64,000 nucleotides of DNA from Candidatus Bathyarchaeia archaeon (GTDB lineage Archaea > Thermoproteota > Bathyarchaeia > Bathyarchaeales > Bathycorpusculaceae). The stretch spans positions 1 to 64,000 of the forward strand of contig JBEKHN010000006.1 of NCBI GenBank assembly GCA_050012255.1. The letters run 5' to 3'. How positions within the stretch are numbered: position 1 is the stretch's first letter; the number at the start of each line of letters is the position of its first letter. The translations under genes were made by a program, and so were the position numbers. Below, one piece after another: positions 1-10,069 of the stretch. The notes under the pieces were generated by a model. That model worked only from the letters and a program-made list of their open reading frames with translations. It ran no database searches and was not told where the DNA came from.

Positions 1-300
1 ACAGGTCGGACTTTATCTGCTGGGAGTGTTGGCTGCCTGAGGGGAAAGGGTCCCCAGTACGAGAGGAACGGGACGCTGTGGCCACTAGTTAACCGGTTGT
101 CCGACAGGGCAAACGCCGGGCAGCCACGCCGTTGAGAATAAGGGCTGAAAGCATCTAAGCCCGAAGTCTCTCCTGAAAATAGGCAGCCATTCCTCTAAAA
201 GAGGACGAAGGCTCCCATAAAAGATGGGTTTGATGGAACCGGGGTGTACGCTGGAAGGTTTCGACCGACCAGCTCAGCCCGCGGTCTCCAACCGCCTGAG
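1..300 (+). rRNA. rrl: 23S rRNA, 3' end (partial)
   Basis: Sarcin-ricin loop AGTACGAGAGGAAC at 56-69 and GCTGAAAGCATCTAAG at ~145-160; 3' end approximate; no 5S follows. Confidence 0.95.
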
Positions 301-451
301 GTATCAAACTATAAGCGGTGTCTGGACGATATATCGGTGAAACTTCAATGTGCCAGAAAGAGTCCGTGCATGGTGTACAGACCTTTTCGTCAAATTATGG
401 ACGAATCGTTTTTGTTAGTCCTCCACTCAAGAAATGTAGTAGTGAACCTGT

Positions 452-1306
452 GTGACCCTCATCTCAAAGTTTGACCCTTGGCGCTCTGCCCTGTGCACTT
501 GCCCCCCCAAACTGACTTTCAATCCGTACACTGGCTGCGATCACGGATGCACATACTGCTACGCCTCAAGCTACATTCCAAGGTTCTCTCAATGCAGGTC
601 CAAGAAGAATCTGATTCAAAGACTGAACAGTGAAGCGGCGAAGCTCACTGGCGAAATAATATCCATATCCAATTCTTCCGACCCTTACCCGAGGCTTGAA
701 GCCAAAATGGCTTTGATGCGCGGTTGCTTGAAAATCCTGTCAGGACACAACTGTAAGGTTCAGATAATCACAAAGTCTAGCCTTGTAGTCAGGGACATTG
801 ATCTGTTGGCAAAGATTCCTTCAATGGTTTCCCTGACAATCACAACGGACGATGATGAAACTGCAAGGATACTCGAACCGTATGCGCCTTCTGTGTCAGA
901 GCGTCTGAAGGCAGTCGAGAAACTGGTTCAGAAGGGTTTGCCGACTGCAGTGCGAATAGATCCGATTATACCCTTTGTGAATGACAACTTCAACAAATTG
1001 GTTGAAACCCTTGCAGCGTTAGGCGTCAAGCACATCACAAGCTCAACTTACAAGGTTAAGCAGGACGACTGGGGAAGGTTTAATGCTGCCATACCTGAAG
1101 TTGCCGCCAAGTTGAGACCGCTTTACTTTGAAAGGGATGAGAGAATGGCAGGCTACCTCTACTTGCCGCGTGATCTCAGGGCAAGTTTGATGGAGAAAGT
1201 TGCTGTCTCAGCTAAGAAAAACGGTATCAAGTTCGGTACATGCAGAGAGGGTTTAAGCCATTTGAACACAGGTGTGTGTGACGGCTCATGGTTGCTTGAC
1301 GAATGA
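452..1306 (+). CDS. Radical SAM protein, spore photoproduct lyase-like family
   Basis: NPYTGCDHGCTYCYA CxxxCxxC motif, SSDPY, RIDPIIP. Confidence 0.85.
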   Translation: MTLISKFDPWRSALCTCPPKLTFNPYTGCDHGCTYCYASSYIPRFSQCRSKKNLIQRLNSEAAKLTGEIISISNSSDPYPRLEAKMALMRGCLKILSGHNCKVQIITKSSLVVRDIDLLAKIPSMVSLTITTDDDETARILEPYAPSVSERLKAVEKLVQKGLPTAVRIDPIIPFVNDNFNKLVETLAALGVKHITSSTYKVKQDDWGRFNAAIPEVAAKLRPLYFERDERMAGYLYLPRDLRASLMEKVAVSAKKNGIKFGTCREGLSHLNTGVCDGSWLLDE

Positions 1307-1475
1307 TGATGTGCGCGCTAGCTTCAGCACGTCCAAACTAGTGATTTCCATTCGAATTATGATGGGCGAAAATCATAAAAGACAAAGGTTTTCTCTTGAA
1401 TTTCGGTGACGCTCTGCGTCAAAGGGAAAAGTCTCTAACAGGAAAGCAGTTCAACCTGAGAAGAAGGAAATCTCT

Positions 1476-1990
1476 TTGTCAGAGAAAAAAGAAGCAAATC
1501 CTCTGAGGAAAAGAAGAGCTCCGACAGCGTTGGCGCCATACAGACCTTCAGGCCTTTGGCTAGACTTCGACAGGATTTTGATAGGTTCCGCAGTGATTTC
1601 GAGGAACTTCTTTGGCCACTGGAGACTCCTTTAACCCGCGCACTTTCTGTGATGCCGAGCGTGGAAACCAGGGTTCCTTATGTGGACCTAGAAGATAGAG
1701 GGAAAGACTTCTTGTTAACCGCGGAGATGCCGGGCTTCAAGAAGGAGGAAGTGGACATTCAGGTAGCAGACGATGCAGTGGAGATAAAGGCTACTATGGG
1801 CTGGAAATATGACGACAAGACAAAGAGGTACATCTGCAAGGAAAGGGCGTGCGAATCGTTCTACAGAATGGTAGAGCTTCCAGAAGAAGTCAAGGCAGAC
1901 GCGGCACAAGCAAACATGAAAGACGGGGTAATAGAAGTGGTACTTCCAAAGAAAACACCGAAACAGAAGAAGAAAGTCCTTATAAAATGA
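1476..1990 (+). CDS. Hsp20/alpha-crystallin small heat-shock protein (apparent frameshift at ~1576-1579)
   Basis: AEMPGFKKEEV...FYRMVELPEEV...GVIEVVLPK in ORF 1556-1990; plausible N-terminus in another frame from TTG 1476. Confidence 0.85.
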
Positions 1991-2239
1991 CAGATCAGCA
2001 ACCCCACCTTTTTCTGAGTTTGCCGGTTCTCGTGCGGAGATGTGATTTTTTGAGTGTTGATATCAGATTCGATTTTGTGTCGGATTAGGCGACTCACGTT
2101 ACTACGCTGTTAGATATCATCAATTTTAGTTTCCTGTAAAATCAGACAAGTTACTCCCTGTCGTTCTGTGAATCAACTGATGCCTAAAATGCGCAAATAA
2201 AGAAGTAAGGGATAAATTGCCCGTATCATGTGAAAAATA

Positions 2240-2524
2240 GTGATGCTAACCCATTCTCCAATCCTCCAGGTAAGAGGCAACAGAAGGGACAGGCTCGCAA
2301 TAATCTCAGTCATGTTATCGTATGCGGCTAAGGGAGTGGGAAAAACCGAATTAATGTACAAGGTTGGGTTGAGCTCCGCCCAACTGGACAAATACATACC
2401 TGCACTCGTGAGGTCAGAACTGCTGGAAGTGTCAAACCACACGAAGAGAGATCTGTATAAGACGACCGACAAAGGTAGAAGCTTCTTAGATATTTTTGAC
2501 ACTCTGATTAGACTTCTAGACTAG
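2240..2524 (+). CDS. Winged helix-turn-helix DNA-binding protein
   Basis: RRDRLAII...KTELMYKVGLS...YKTTDKG pattern of archaeal wHTH proteins. Confidence 0.8.
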   Translation: MMLTHSPILQVRGNRRDRLAIISVMLSYAAKGVGKTELMYKVGLSSAQLDKYIPALVRSELLEVSNHTKRDLYKTTDKGRSFLDIFDTLIRLLD

Positions 2525-2603
2525 CGGAACGAACGCGATCACCTGAGAACTGAACTCTTAGTTATCTGCTTTATCGCGCGGATACGCTGAAAGGATGAAG
2601 TCT

Positions 2604-2921
2604 CTATATGATATCATGCTGCTCTAGAGCGTGATGCCCTATCTCGCAGCCTTCTTTTTCGCAAAATTCCAGAATTTTCGACACAGCTCTCAAATCGATC
2701 GCTTTTATTCTTTCTTCCTCAGGCCCAACAACTTCAATTATGACGCCTAGTCCTGCAACACCGCCCATGCACGCGTACACGTTCTTATAGATCCTTATGT
2801 CGTACTCCGGTGGAACGCCAGTTTCTTCCACCACAGATTTAATCTTGTCTATTAGAAGATCAATGCTGCGCGACTGCATCGCTTTCACGAAGTAGATCTC
2901 TCTGCAGCCGATTCGGGTCAT
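2604..2921 (-). CDS. Hypothetical protein
   Basis: 105-aa ORF overlapping the stop of the upstream Lrp-domain gene. Confidence 0.65.
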   Translation of the reverse strand: MTRIGCREIYFVKAMQSRSIDLLIDKIKSVVEETGVPPEYDIRIYKNVYACMGGVAGLGVIIEVVGPEEERIKAIDLRAVSKILEFCEKEGCEIGHHALEQHDII

Positions 2922-3160
2922 TCATATCCCTTTTTGAAAGCTATCAAAGTCACCGTTTCTTTTACGCCGCTTATCCTGCGAATCTTGTCGAAGATGAATC
3001 TGTCAAGATCATCCATCGTGTCGAATGAAGCTTCAACGTGCAAATCATAGACACCGTACGTTGGAACCGCATGGCGGACGCCTGGTATTTTCCTGACTTC
3101 CTTGAGTACTTCTTCGTCTTTTCCTGATTCAACCTTCGCCAACACGTAGGCAACCGTCAA
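2918..3160 (-). CDS. Lrp/AsnC ligand-binding domain protein
   Basis: AYVLAKVESG...YGVYDL...IRRISGVKETVTLI. Confidence 0.9.
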   Translation of the reverse strand: MTVAYVLAKVESGKDEEVLKEVRKIPGVRHAVPTYGVYDLHVEASFDTMDDLDRFIFDKIRRISGVKETVTLIAFKKGYE

Positions 3161-3236
3161 GTCTATGCCCCTCCCTGAAGGTTAACGTTCTCTTGGAGCT
3201 CGGTAATAAAGATAACGTATCCCTTAGGCGCGCCTT

Positions 3237-3815
3237 TCAGGAGCTTGGCATTATAATCGTCTGGTCATCACTGCCGTAGGTCAGCGTTTTTCCCTCCAGA
3301 TAGAGCTTGCCAACATAGGCGCACGTTATGGCATCCAGCTCGTCGGCGCTCATTGCATTAGCTATGCCCTTGATCTGCAACTTCTTCAAACCGCCTCTCA
3401 GCTTATCGAGACCTTCCTGTTTTCTGGGTATTCCTAAGACATCTTGTGCACCTCCAGGATACACTTCTATGACTTTGAAATGCTCACTTTCAAGAATTTT
3501 CCTCAGCTCTATTCCTCTGGAGGTGAGCTTTCTCATCGGACCGAGCGTAACCGGGAAGAATCTTATTCTTCTTCTCAGAAGCTCTTTGTCACATTCTCTC
3601 AAGTGTGTGCCAGTTCTTTCGTCTATGGATTTTCTTCCTGCTGGGAGGCTGAGGGGTGCATCGACGGCGACTATTTTTGGCTTGGTTTCTTGGATTTTCT
3701 TGATCATTTCTTCGTCCTTGTAGACCACAAAGGTCATGGCATTCATGTTTTCAAGGATGCAAAAACCCGTGGGTCTGGTTTCGACACCCGCTAAGTCCAA
3801 GCCGACTATTGACAT
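3237..3815 (-). CDS. DUF429 family (RNase H-like) protein
   Basis: VGLDLAG, VAVDAPLS, RECD, IEVYP, DELDA motifs. Confidence 0.85.
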   Translation of the reverse strand: MSIVGLDLAGVETRPTGFCILENMNAMTFVVYKDEEMIKKIQETKPKIVAVDAPLSLPAGRKSIDERTGTHLRECDKELLRRRIRFFPVTLGPMRKLTSRGIELRKILESEHFKVIEVYPGGAQDVLGIPRKQEGLDKLRGGLKKLQIKGIANAMSADELDAITCAYVGKLYLEGKTLTYGSDDQTIIMPSS

Positions 3816-3852
3816 GTCATCGAGACCCGCATATGATGGTTCGTGAGACGAG

Positions 3853-4326
3853 TCATGGCTCTTTCTGGAGAAAGAGAGAATACGATATTAGGTCCTCGTT
3901 CAGGTAGTCTTTTCGCAGATAGGCGTCTGAGACAGAGCCAAGTTCGATGCACATTTTGCGCATGCCAATGTTCCAAGGTCTTGTGAATAGTTTCACCTTC
4001 TTTCTTCCGATGGCTTCAGCATGTTTTATGCCTTCCTGTACAAGCTTCTTTCCGATTCCTTTTCCACGAAATGTAGACTTTACGCCTACGAGATGAATTT
4101 GCGCTGGGTGTTCTATACTCCCTTCGGTCATGGTTAAGAAGCCAGCAATTGCCGTTTCCTCGTTCTCACAGACGAGAATCTTTACATCAGGGCGCTTTGA
4201 AGATTCAATGATCTGTTCCGCTGTGATCGAGGGCATTCCTAGTGCGATTTCGTCGCTGAATGCTTCAGTGAGAATTTGGATGATAGCCGACGCATCTTTT
4301 TCGTTAGACTCTCTTATTCTGGGCAT
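3853..4326 (-). CDS. GNAT N-acetyltransferase
   Basis: Acetyl-CoA motif FRGKGIGKKL. Confidence 0.85.
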   Translation of the reverse strand: MPRIRESNEKDASAIIQILTEAFSDEIALGMPSITAEQIIESSKRPDVKILVCENEETAIAGFLTMTEGSIEHPAQIHLVGVKSTFRGKGIGKKLVQEGIKHAEAIGRKKVKLFTRPWNIGMRKMCIELGSVSDAYLRKDYLNEDLISYSLFLQKEP

Positions 4327-4351
4327 GGGAAGTCTTCATTAAACATGGAAA

Positions 4352-4368
4352 TGGTAGCCCGGGAGAGA
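4352..4368. repeat. att site: 17-bp copy of tRNA-Gln 3' end
   Basis: TGGTAGCCCGGGAGAGA identical to 42749-42765. Confidence 0.9.
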
Positions 4369-4396
4369 CCATCGCCCGAGCGAGAATTTATACCGC

Positions 4397-5755
4397 TTAA
4401 CTGTCAGCTTTAGTAGTCACTAGCTCCTTTCTCATCATGTCCTTCAGGGCTGTGCTCAGCGCCCTCACCTGGTCCTCTTCCCAATCTCTTGAGCCTACGT
4501 ATACGCGGTGAGGCTCGGCTAGGGCCTTCTTAGTGAGGATCTCTTCAGGATCCATTCCCCAGGCGCGGATGATTTCCTTGAGGGCTTCAATCTTTGACAT
4601 GCTTGTTTTGGGCCTGATGGCTAGGCCGCTGGCCGCGTAGATGTTGCGTAGAAACTCGACGCCCTTCATCTTCACGTCATGGTACGTGCTGATCTTGTGG
4701 CCCATCATATACTCGATATAGTCTTGGTTGACGCCTAAGGCAGCCAGCTGGGTGCGGAAATACTTGCGTATGCTGTGGACTCTGAGCTCGTATCTGCGGC
4801 CGTTCTGACTCTTTAGCAAGCCAGCTTCCCGGTATAGGTTGTGGATTATGCTGTGGACTCGGCTTGGTGATATCGGCTTCACTATGGCAGAGTGGGTGTT
4901 CCTGATCAATGGAGACTCCATGGTTACCTGTTCGGGGGGAGTCCGCAGTTCAGGGCTGCCAGCTCGACGTTGCGCCAGGTAGAGGCGCAGATACTCGACG
5001 GCTTCATCTCCGAGAAAAGCATCGTAGTCCGCGTATTTTCCCTTGGTGATCTCAGCTTCCACGTGGACGTGAAGGGGAACTACGCCGCGTTCCAGGTCGT
5101 CGGCAACGTGTCGGTAACACAGTCTAACTAAGGTTCCCTCTCTGAAGCCGCCCAAGGCTAGGAGCGCTACTATAACCTTATCCCTTAAGTCTGCCAAGTC
5201 GATGAGACGCTGCAGCTCTTCAGGCCTAGGCGACCGGTCGCTATAGATCACACGTTTAGACAGGCGGTAGGGAAGCTCCAGTTTGAGGCCGTTAACTCTG
5301 AAGAGGGCTTTTACTCCTTTTACGTGGTTGCTTATGGTTCCTGGAGCCAGATCCTCGGCTTGAAGGTCTCCTACAAAATCGTCTAACGCCTTGACGCGAA
5401 GGCTTAAGTTTCTCGGTTCCGGAAGATCGTCCGATGTTTTGCATTCGCTGATAAGCTGATCCGGCGTCTTCTGGATCCAGGAACAGAATCGGTGTACTCC
5501 ATACATGTACTGGTAGAGGGTGGCTGCGCTTCCGGTGTTGTGGCGTAGTAGGTGTTGGGCCAGCTTCCTGCAGCTCTGATTTATGAGAGTGAACTCGACT
5601 AGGGCAGGCATCTTCCAGCTTAGGGCGCCGATGACGTAGTTGATGAGGCTTTGTTCTCTGGGAGTTTCCGGTTTCGGCAACGTGAGGACCAGCGGCTTGT
5701 GTAGCCGGCGTCCTCTGGGACTGTGAGTGATCTCAAACGTTTCCAGTTGTGTCAC
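4397..5755 (-). CDS. Tyrosine recombinase/integrase
   Basis: GFREGTL (R), HSIRKYF (HxxR), MMGH and TYH catalytic residues; 28 bp from att. Confidence 0.93.
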   Translation of the reverse strand: MTQLETFEITHSPRGRRLHKPLVLTLPKPETPREQSLINYVIGALSWKMPALVEFTLINQSCRKLAQHLLRHNTGSAATLYQYMYGVHRFCSWIQKTPDQLISECKTSDDLPEPRNLSLRVKALDDFVGDLQAEDLAPGTISNHVKGVKALFRVNGLKLELPYRLSKRVIYSDRSPRPEELQRLIDLADLRDKVIVALLALGGFREGTLVRLCYRHVADDLERGVVPLHVHVEAEITKGKYADYDAFLGDEAVEYLRLYLAQRRAGSPELRTPPEQVTMESPLIRNTHSAIVKPISPSRVHSIIHNLYREAGLLKSQNGRRYELRVHSIRKYFRTQLAALGVNQDYIEYMMGHKISTYHDVKMKGVEFLRNIYAASGLAIRPKTSMSKIEALKEIIRAWGMDPEEILTKKALAEPHRVYVGSRDWEEDQVRALSTALKDMMRKELVTTKADS

Positions 5756-5865
5756 TTGGAGTTCACTCCGTAGAAGTGGAGGATCTCCTCGATGGCGTTG
5801 TTACTGATGCCAGCTTTTGCGAACTGCTTGATCAGTCGGCGTTTTTGAATCCAGTTTTGAATCAT
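5752..5865 (-). CDS. Small hypothetical protein upstream of the integrase (37 aa)
   Basis: MIQNWIQKRRLIKQFAKAGISNNAIEEILHFYGVNSK; stop overlaps integrase start. Confidence 0.5.
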   Translation of the reverse strand: MIQNWIQKRRLIKQFAKAGISNNAIEEILHFYGVNSK

Positions 5866-5971
5866 GTTTGTTATTCGTCCTTCCTGAGTACTCTTGTACT
5901 CAAGTACTCTCACTCTCAGCAAAGCATTTAAACGTTTAGGTACTACAGTACATAAGTGTAAGTGAATCACC

Positions 5972-6115
5972 ATGGGAAGAATCAACGCCAACATACCCAA
6001 GGAATTAGAGAAAAGGCTTAGGATGAAAGCAGCCGAAAAGTTTGTTGGGAAGAAAGGAGCCCTGGGCTTAGCCGTTACGGAAGCCGTTGATCTCTGGCTC
6101 AAACAGAATGAATAG
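5972..6115 (+). CDS. Ribbon-helix-helix-like protein (47 aa, absent from ORF track)
   Basis: MGRINANIPKELEKRLRMKAAEKFVGKKGALGLAVTEAVDLWLKQNE. Confidence 0.75.
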   Translation: MGRINANIPKELEKRLRMKAAEKFVGKKGALGLAVTEAVDLWLKQNE

Positions 6116-6136
6116 CCATCGAGCGACCCCCAGGGC

Positions 6137-6433
6137 CTATTCAAGACGCTTCATCTCCTGGATATCCGTGCGGAGAATCACCAGTCCAGAGGCTTTTGGA
6201 TCTCCACCGCGTAGAGTAGGCGGACCAGCGTCTCTATCCCAGCATACAATAATGTAGTCAGCGCAATCGTAGACGAGCCAGCCCATTGTCTCTCGAAAAG
6301 CTGGCGCCAGGCTTAGTGGATCGCTCCGATGATAGAGGACGTGGTCCCGGTAACGCACGTAGACAATGGGGCCGGGTTTAAGGCTGCGCGCATGCACGAC
6401 GTGCCTGGGGCTGGCCTGTTCTGCGATGGACAT
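6137..6433 (-). CDS. Hypothetical protein
   Basis: 98-aa ORF co-oriented with the helicase operon. Confidence 0.6.
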   Translation of the reverse strand: MSIAEQASPRHVVHARSLKPGPIVYVRYRDHVLYHRSDPLSLAPAFRETMGWLVYDCADYIIVCWDRDAGPPTLRGGDPKASGLVILRTDIQEMKRLE

Positions 6434-6436
6434 GGC

Positions 6437-6850
6437 TTAAGATTCCCCTTTCAATGAAGAAGGCAGTCCATGCCAGGCTTGGCAATGCATTATCATGTCG
6501 TGCATGGTCGACGTGAACATCTTTTTGCCTTGATTGTGGCATTTGACGCATTGGAGCATCCATTCATTGCCCTCGCGGACCGGCTGCATAAACTCGTCGA
6601 GGCCGGGTGGAACCCTAACCGATTTTGGGACATCCTCTAACGCCGGCTTTTCCGTGTTCCTGATGTCCCTCATGTCCCCGGGTTTAGGGGTTACGTCAAC
6701 GGAGCCCGTTGAGGTGGAGATTCGACCTCCCTCCACCTCAGCAGCCTTCTTTTCGACAACGGGGATAGATTTTGGCTCAGATGGAGTGGAGGAATACAGT
6801 GTTTGCCACCAAGTTAGAGCAGCGCTGCCGAGGTGATGGCTTTGGCTCAT
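6437..6850 (-). CDS. Hypothetical protein with C2H2-like zinc finger
   Basis: CVKC...HCQAWH; ATG at 6850 overlaps helicase stop. Confidence 0.6.
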   Translation of the reverse strand: MSQSHHLGSAALTWWQTLYSSTPSEPKSIPVVEKKAAEVEGGRISTSTGSVDVTPKPGDMRDIRNTEKPALEDVPKSVRVPPGLDEFMQPVREGNEWMLQCVKCHNQGKKMFTSTMHDMIMHCQAWHGLPSSLKGES

Positions 6851-9594
6851 ACGACCACCGCCAAGCCGGGCTTGGGGCTCGGCATCAGGATTTCTTGTTT
6901 GAAAACAAGTTCTAGGATGTGGTTGGGCGGAATGTCTGGCCAAGTTTTCTGGATGAAGGCTGTGAGGGCAATAAGACTGATTTCGCTGCGTTCAGTGCGG
7001 TTTGCCCGGCACCAATCTTTCACTGCTGACATTGTGTTGCTGTCTATGGTGACCCCGATGACCCCGATGACCTCAGGTTTAGAGGTCTCAGGCATTTTTT
7101 CGCCGCGAAAAGGCTTGTGACCCTTAAAAGTGAGGTCTTTAGGGTCATTGAGGTCACCATTCCTAATGTCTTTTAACCATCGTTTATAGAATCGGACGCC
7201 CTTTGGCGTGAAATAGTAACCCTTGATGGAACTCTGTATCAGACCCAACCCTTTCATCTCTTTAGCTCGTCTCTTTACAGTCTTGTCAGAAACATTCATT
7301 GATGCGGCGATTTCTTCCATTTGCGCCTGTCCATGTCTCGCTATGTGCTCGAAAAACTTGAAGAGCTCCGTGTCTCTGATTTCTCCGCCGTGTTCTTCCA
7401 TATCTTCAGCCGTCTGGGCCCCAATCATCAGCTTGAGATCAAAGTACTCTTGATCAGAAAGTGTGTGTTCTTTTTTCCAATCTTCCGTGAACTCGTCCAT
7501 TTCCATGTCGACGCCGCACTCGGTCAGCCATTGATCGGCTTGCTTAACATGTCTCTCGGTGGGCTCGGTTCCCTCAAAGAGTGCGAAACAATACGCTAAC
7601 GTCGCTACCTTGTGCGGGTTTGCCCTGAGGAAAAGCGGGATCTCCTCGTTTCCAAAGGTGAGCTCCAGCTGTTTGCTGTACTCCATTATTTTAGGCCACA
7701 GTTCCAATGGAACAGTGTAGGTGATCTCTTGGCTGAGGTTCCATCTCAGCACGTTCCACGCTGCGTTGAGGACTGCTTGGTCTTGCTCGAACAATTCTTC
7801 AATCTTCGGATCGTATCGGACGTCAGGTTTCTCTCCGTAGGTGAAGGTTACAAAAGTGAAGCGAGCTATGAATTTGGAATCGTAGACTTTGAGGGCTACG
7901 CACTTGTGAAGGTGCTGATCAAAGGGCAGAGCAGGATTGCTCAACAGTTTAAGCCTGGTCCGTCCCCAGAGTTCGCATGACTTGATCGTTGAAAGCTCTA
8001 TGATTCCGTTACGTCTACTTTCAATATGCTCGTCGAGCGCGTGCGGGAACATGTTGTCCAGAATGATGAATGAGAGATCAGCTGAGGGCAGGAGTCCTTT
8101 CCGCATAACCCAGCCTATTCCCTCAATCTTTTCCGCGCCAGCAGCCAAGCCCGCAGATGTTTTTCTTCCACTCTCATATTTGCCTGCTTTCAGCCAATCA
8201 ACGACCTCTCTTTCTCGCTGGCTTTTCGCTGTTGTTGTTTCTCCTACCTCCAGGCTTGTCATGCCTATTATTTGAGGGCCTTCTGGAGTTTTAGTCCAGA
8301 TAGGAGCCCCTATGAAGAGCAAGTCTGAGACAAATCCGCGTGTGGCTTCTAATCCTTTCAAGTTGGATTTTTTGTGTAAGGCCCTAGCAACCTTCAGGAC
8401 TGTAGCTTCGTCTTCAGTCGTGATTGAACGCAGATACTCTTTGGAGGCTTCAACGGTTTCTGCCTTAGGCATCATAACCTCGCTTTCCGCTTGAAACTCT
8501 GTGACTAAGACTCCTATTCGTCCAGTTTTTCCCCGGCAAAGCCATCCCTGACTATATATCCAGTTCGGAGATGTGCGAAGATCACATTTTTCCTGGTCGT
8601 ATACAAACCATGCCTTAGCCTCGCTTCCACGTCTGTCCGAGACTATTGCTTGCGTTATTGCAGTTTCCCTTTCTCCCCTGACTGAAACCTTGTCGCAGCC
8701 CTTTACCGTTCCATTCTGCTTTAGTATTTTCCAGGCATCCTTGGGATTATCGCTGTCAAAATACGTGGCGAAGGCTGAAGCGTCAAAGTTTTCTTTCAGA
8801 TTCATCTCATAGCCTTCGAAATTGCACACAGCACACAGGTCTTCGCGGCTTCGGTTGCAAGAAAACTCCAGCTCGAGGAACCTGCTCTGAGGAAAACCGA
8901 AGCTTTTGATCTGGATTCGACTGTTGAATTTTCTGTCACCTTGATAGGCAAAAACGTCGCTTACTTCCGCGCTTGTAGGCAGCTCAACAGGGATGTTCAC
9001 CTGTTCCTGCTCTTCTTTCTCCGACCTTTCTATTTGCCACATTTCTTCAGGCTCAGCCTGGATCACTTCAACAATTCTGGCAACGATAAGAGGAATCAGC
9101 TGCTCTTTAAACCGCAGCTTCAAAGCTCCCTTCAACTGGGGCTCTCTTTTCAACTCTTCAAGGCTGCCAACATGAAAACCCGCTGTGAGCATACGGTTTT
9201 CTTGAGTGTCAACAAGTTGGAGACGCCATGACTTCTCCTTTTCAACGAAGAGAAACAGGTCGCCCAGATCTATCGCAACGCCCTTCCGACCGTCGGAAAG
9301 GCTTGAACATGTAATCTCCGGTACGCTCAGCTTCTTTTCAGGACTGAGCCGATGCAGCAGGGCCAACTTGTGAATAAACGATTCAGCTTCTTGGCCGCCA
9401 AGACCCAGCTGTCCCGCAACAGCCTTCGCGTCTAAATCCTCTGGCTCAACACTGTTTACCTTTACGCTTTTTCCTTGAGCAGAGAATTCGTAGCCGCCTC
9501 TGACTTTTTGAAGACAGACTTCGACCTTGACGCTTGCAAGCTGCCCGTCTTTCTCCATTTCAAACTCATAGTTTTTGACAAGGGTTTTGCCCAC
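6847..9594 (-). CDS. MCM-like AAA+ replicative helicase with C-terminal wHTH
   Basis: GETTTAKSQ (Walker A-like), TSAGLAAG...GWVMRKGLLPSAD...IILDNM (MCM-type), SDKTVKRRAKEMKGLGLI HTH. Confidence 0.75.
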   Translation of the reverse strand: MGKTLVKNYEFEMEKDGQLASVKVEVCLQKVRGGYEFSAQGKSVKVNSVEPEDLDAKAVAGQLGLGGQEAESFIHKLALLHRLSPEKKLSVPEITCSSLSDGRKGVAIDLGDLFLFVEKEKSWRLQLVDTQENRMLTAGFHVGSLEELKREPQLKGALKLRFKEQLIPLIVARIVEVIQAEPEEMWQIERSEKEEQEQVNIPVELPTSAEVSDVFAYQGDRKFNSRIQIKSFGFPQSRFLELEFSCNRSREDLCAVCNFEGYEMNLKENFDASAFATYFDSDNPKDAWKILKQNGTVKGCDKVSVRGERETAITQAIVSDRRGSEAKAWFVYDQEKCDLRTSPNWIYSQGWLCRGKTGRIGVLVTEFQAESEVMMPKAETVEASKEYLRSITTEDEATVLKVARALHKKSNLKGLEATRGFVSDLLFIGAPIWTKTPEGPQIIGMTSLEVGETTTAKSQREREVVDWLKAGKYESGRKTSAGLAAGAEKIEGIGWVMRKGLLPSADLSFIILDNMFPHALDEHIESRRNGIIELSTIKSCELWGRTRLKLLSNPALPFDQHLHKCVALKVYDSKFIARFTFVTFTYGEKPDVRYDPKIEELFEQDQAVLNAAWNVLRWNLSQEITYTVPLELWPKIMEYSKQLELTFGNEEIPLFLRANPHKVATLAYCFALFEGTEPTERHVKQADQWLTECGVDMEMDEFTEDWKKEHTLSDQEYFDLKLMIGAQTAEDMEEHGGEIRDTELFKFFEHIARHGQAQMEEIAASMNVSDKTVKRRAKEMKGLGLIQSSIKGYYFTPKGVRFYKRWLKDIRNGDLNDPKDLTFKGHKPFRGEKMPETSKPEVIGVIGVTIDSNTMSAVKDWCRANRTERSEISLIALTAFIQKTWPDIPPNHILELVFKQEILMPSPKPGLAVVV

Positions 9595-9797
9595 TTCGGA
9601 AGTCTACTCCTCAGCTTTTCTTCAACTTTTGACGGAAAATCCTGTCGTCTGAATCGTAGAGCCAATAAGAATAGGCATAGCTCGTTCCACGATATCTATT
9701 GGAAATTGTTGCATTGCTCTCCCTCGCTTTCTGACGTCGGCAACCAAAAGATCCAAGACTTCGTCGTCTTCTGGTTTCTGAGTTTTTTCATCCATGG

Positions 9798-9995
9798 TCA
9801 AGGCTGGGCCTCCGGTGGTTCGGTCTGGAAGAGCTGCCTGTATAGATCTGGGGCATCGTGTTGGATCTTTTCTCGTATAGCGTCGCGTATCAAGTCAGAA
9901 ACATTGAGGTGTGCGTCCCGGGCGACGTATCTGTCCATGAGTTCCTTAAGGGTCTTGGGAAGCCATGCGCTGATTTTTACGGGTTCTTCACGCAT
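9798..9995 (-). CDS. CopG/RHH transcriptional regulator
   Basis: ISAWLPKTLKELMDRYV...NVSDLIRDAIREKI. Confidence 0.85.
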   Translation of the reverse strand: MREEPVKISAWLPKTLKELMDRYVARDAHLNVSDLIRDAIREKIQHDAPDLYRQLFQTEPPEAQP

Positions 9996-10069
9996 TCAAC
10001 ATCATCTCCTTGTCAGATAATCGGAATACGTTTAAGCAGAGGATAGGGTACCCTTTTTGTGGTGACAAT

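Noticed and set aside
244-474. 76-aa ORF
   Set aside because: Overlaps the 23S rRNA end and its processing stem
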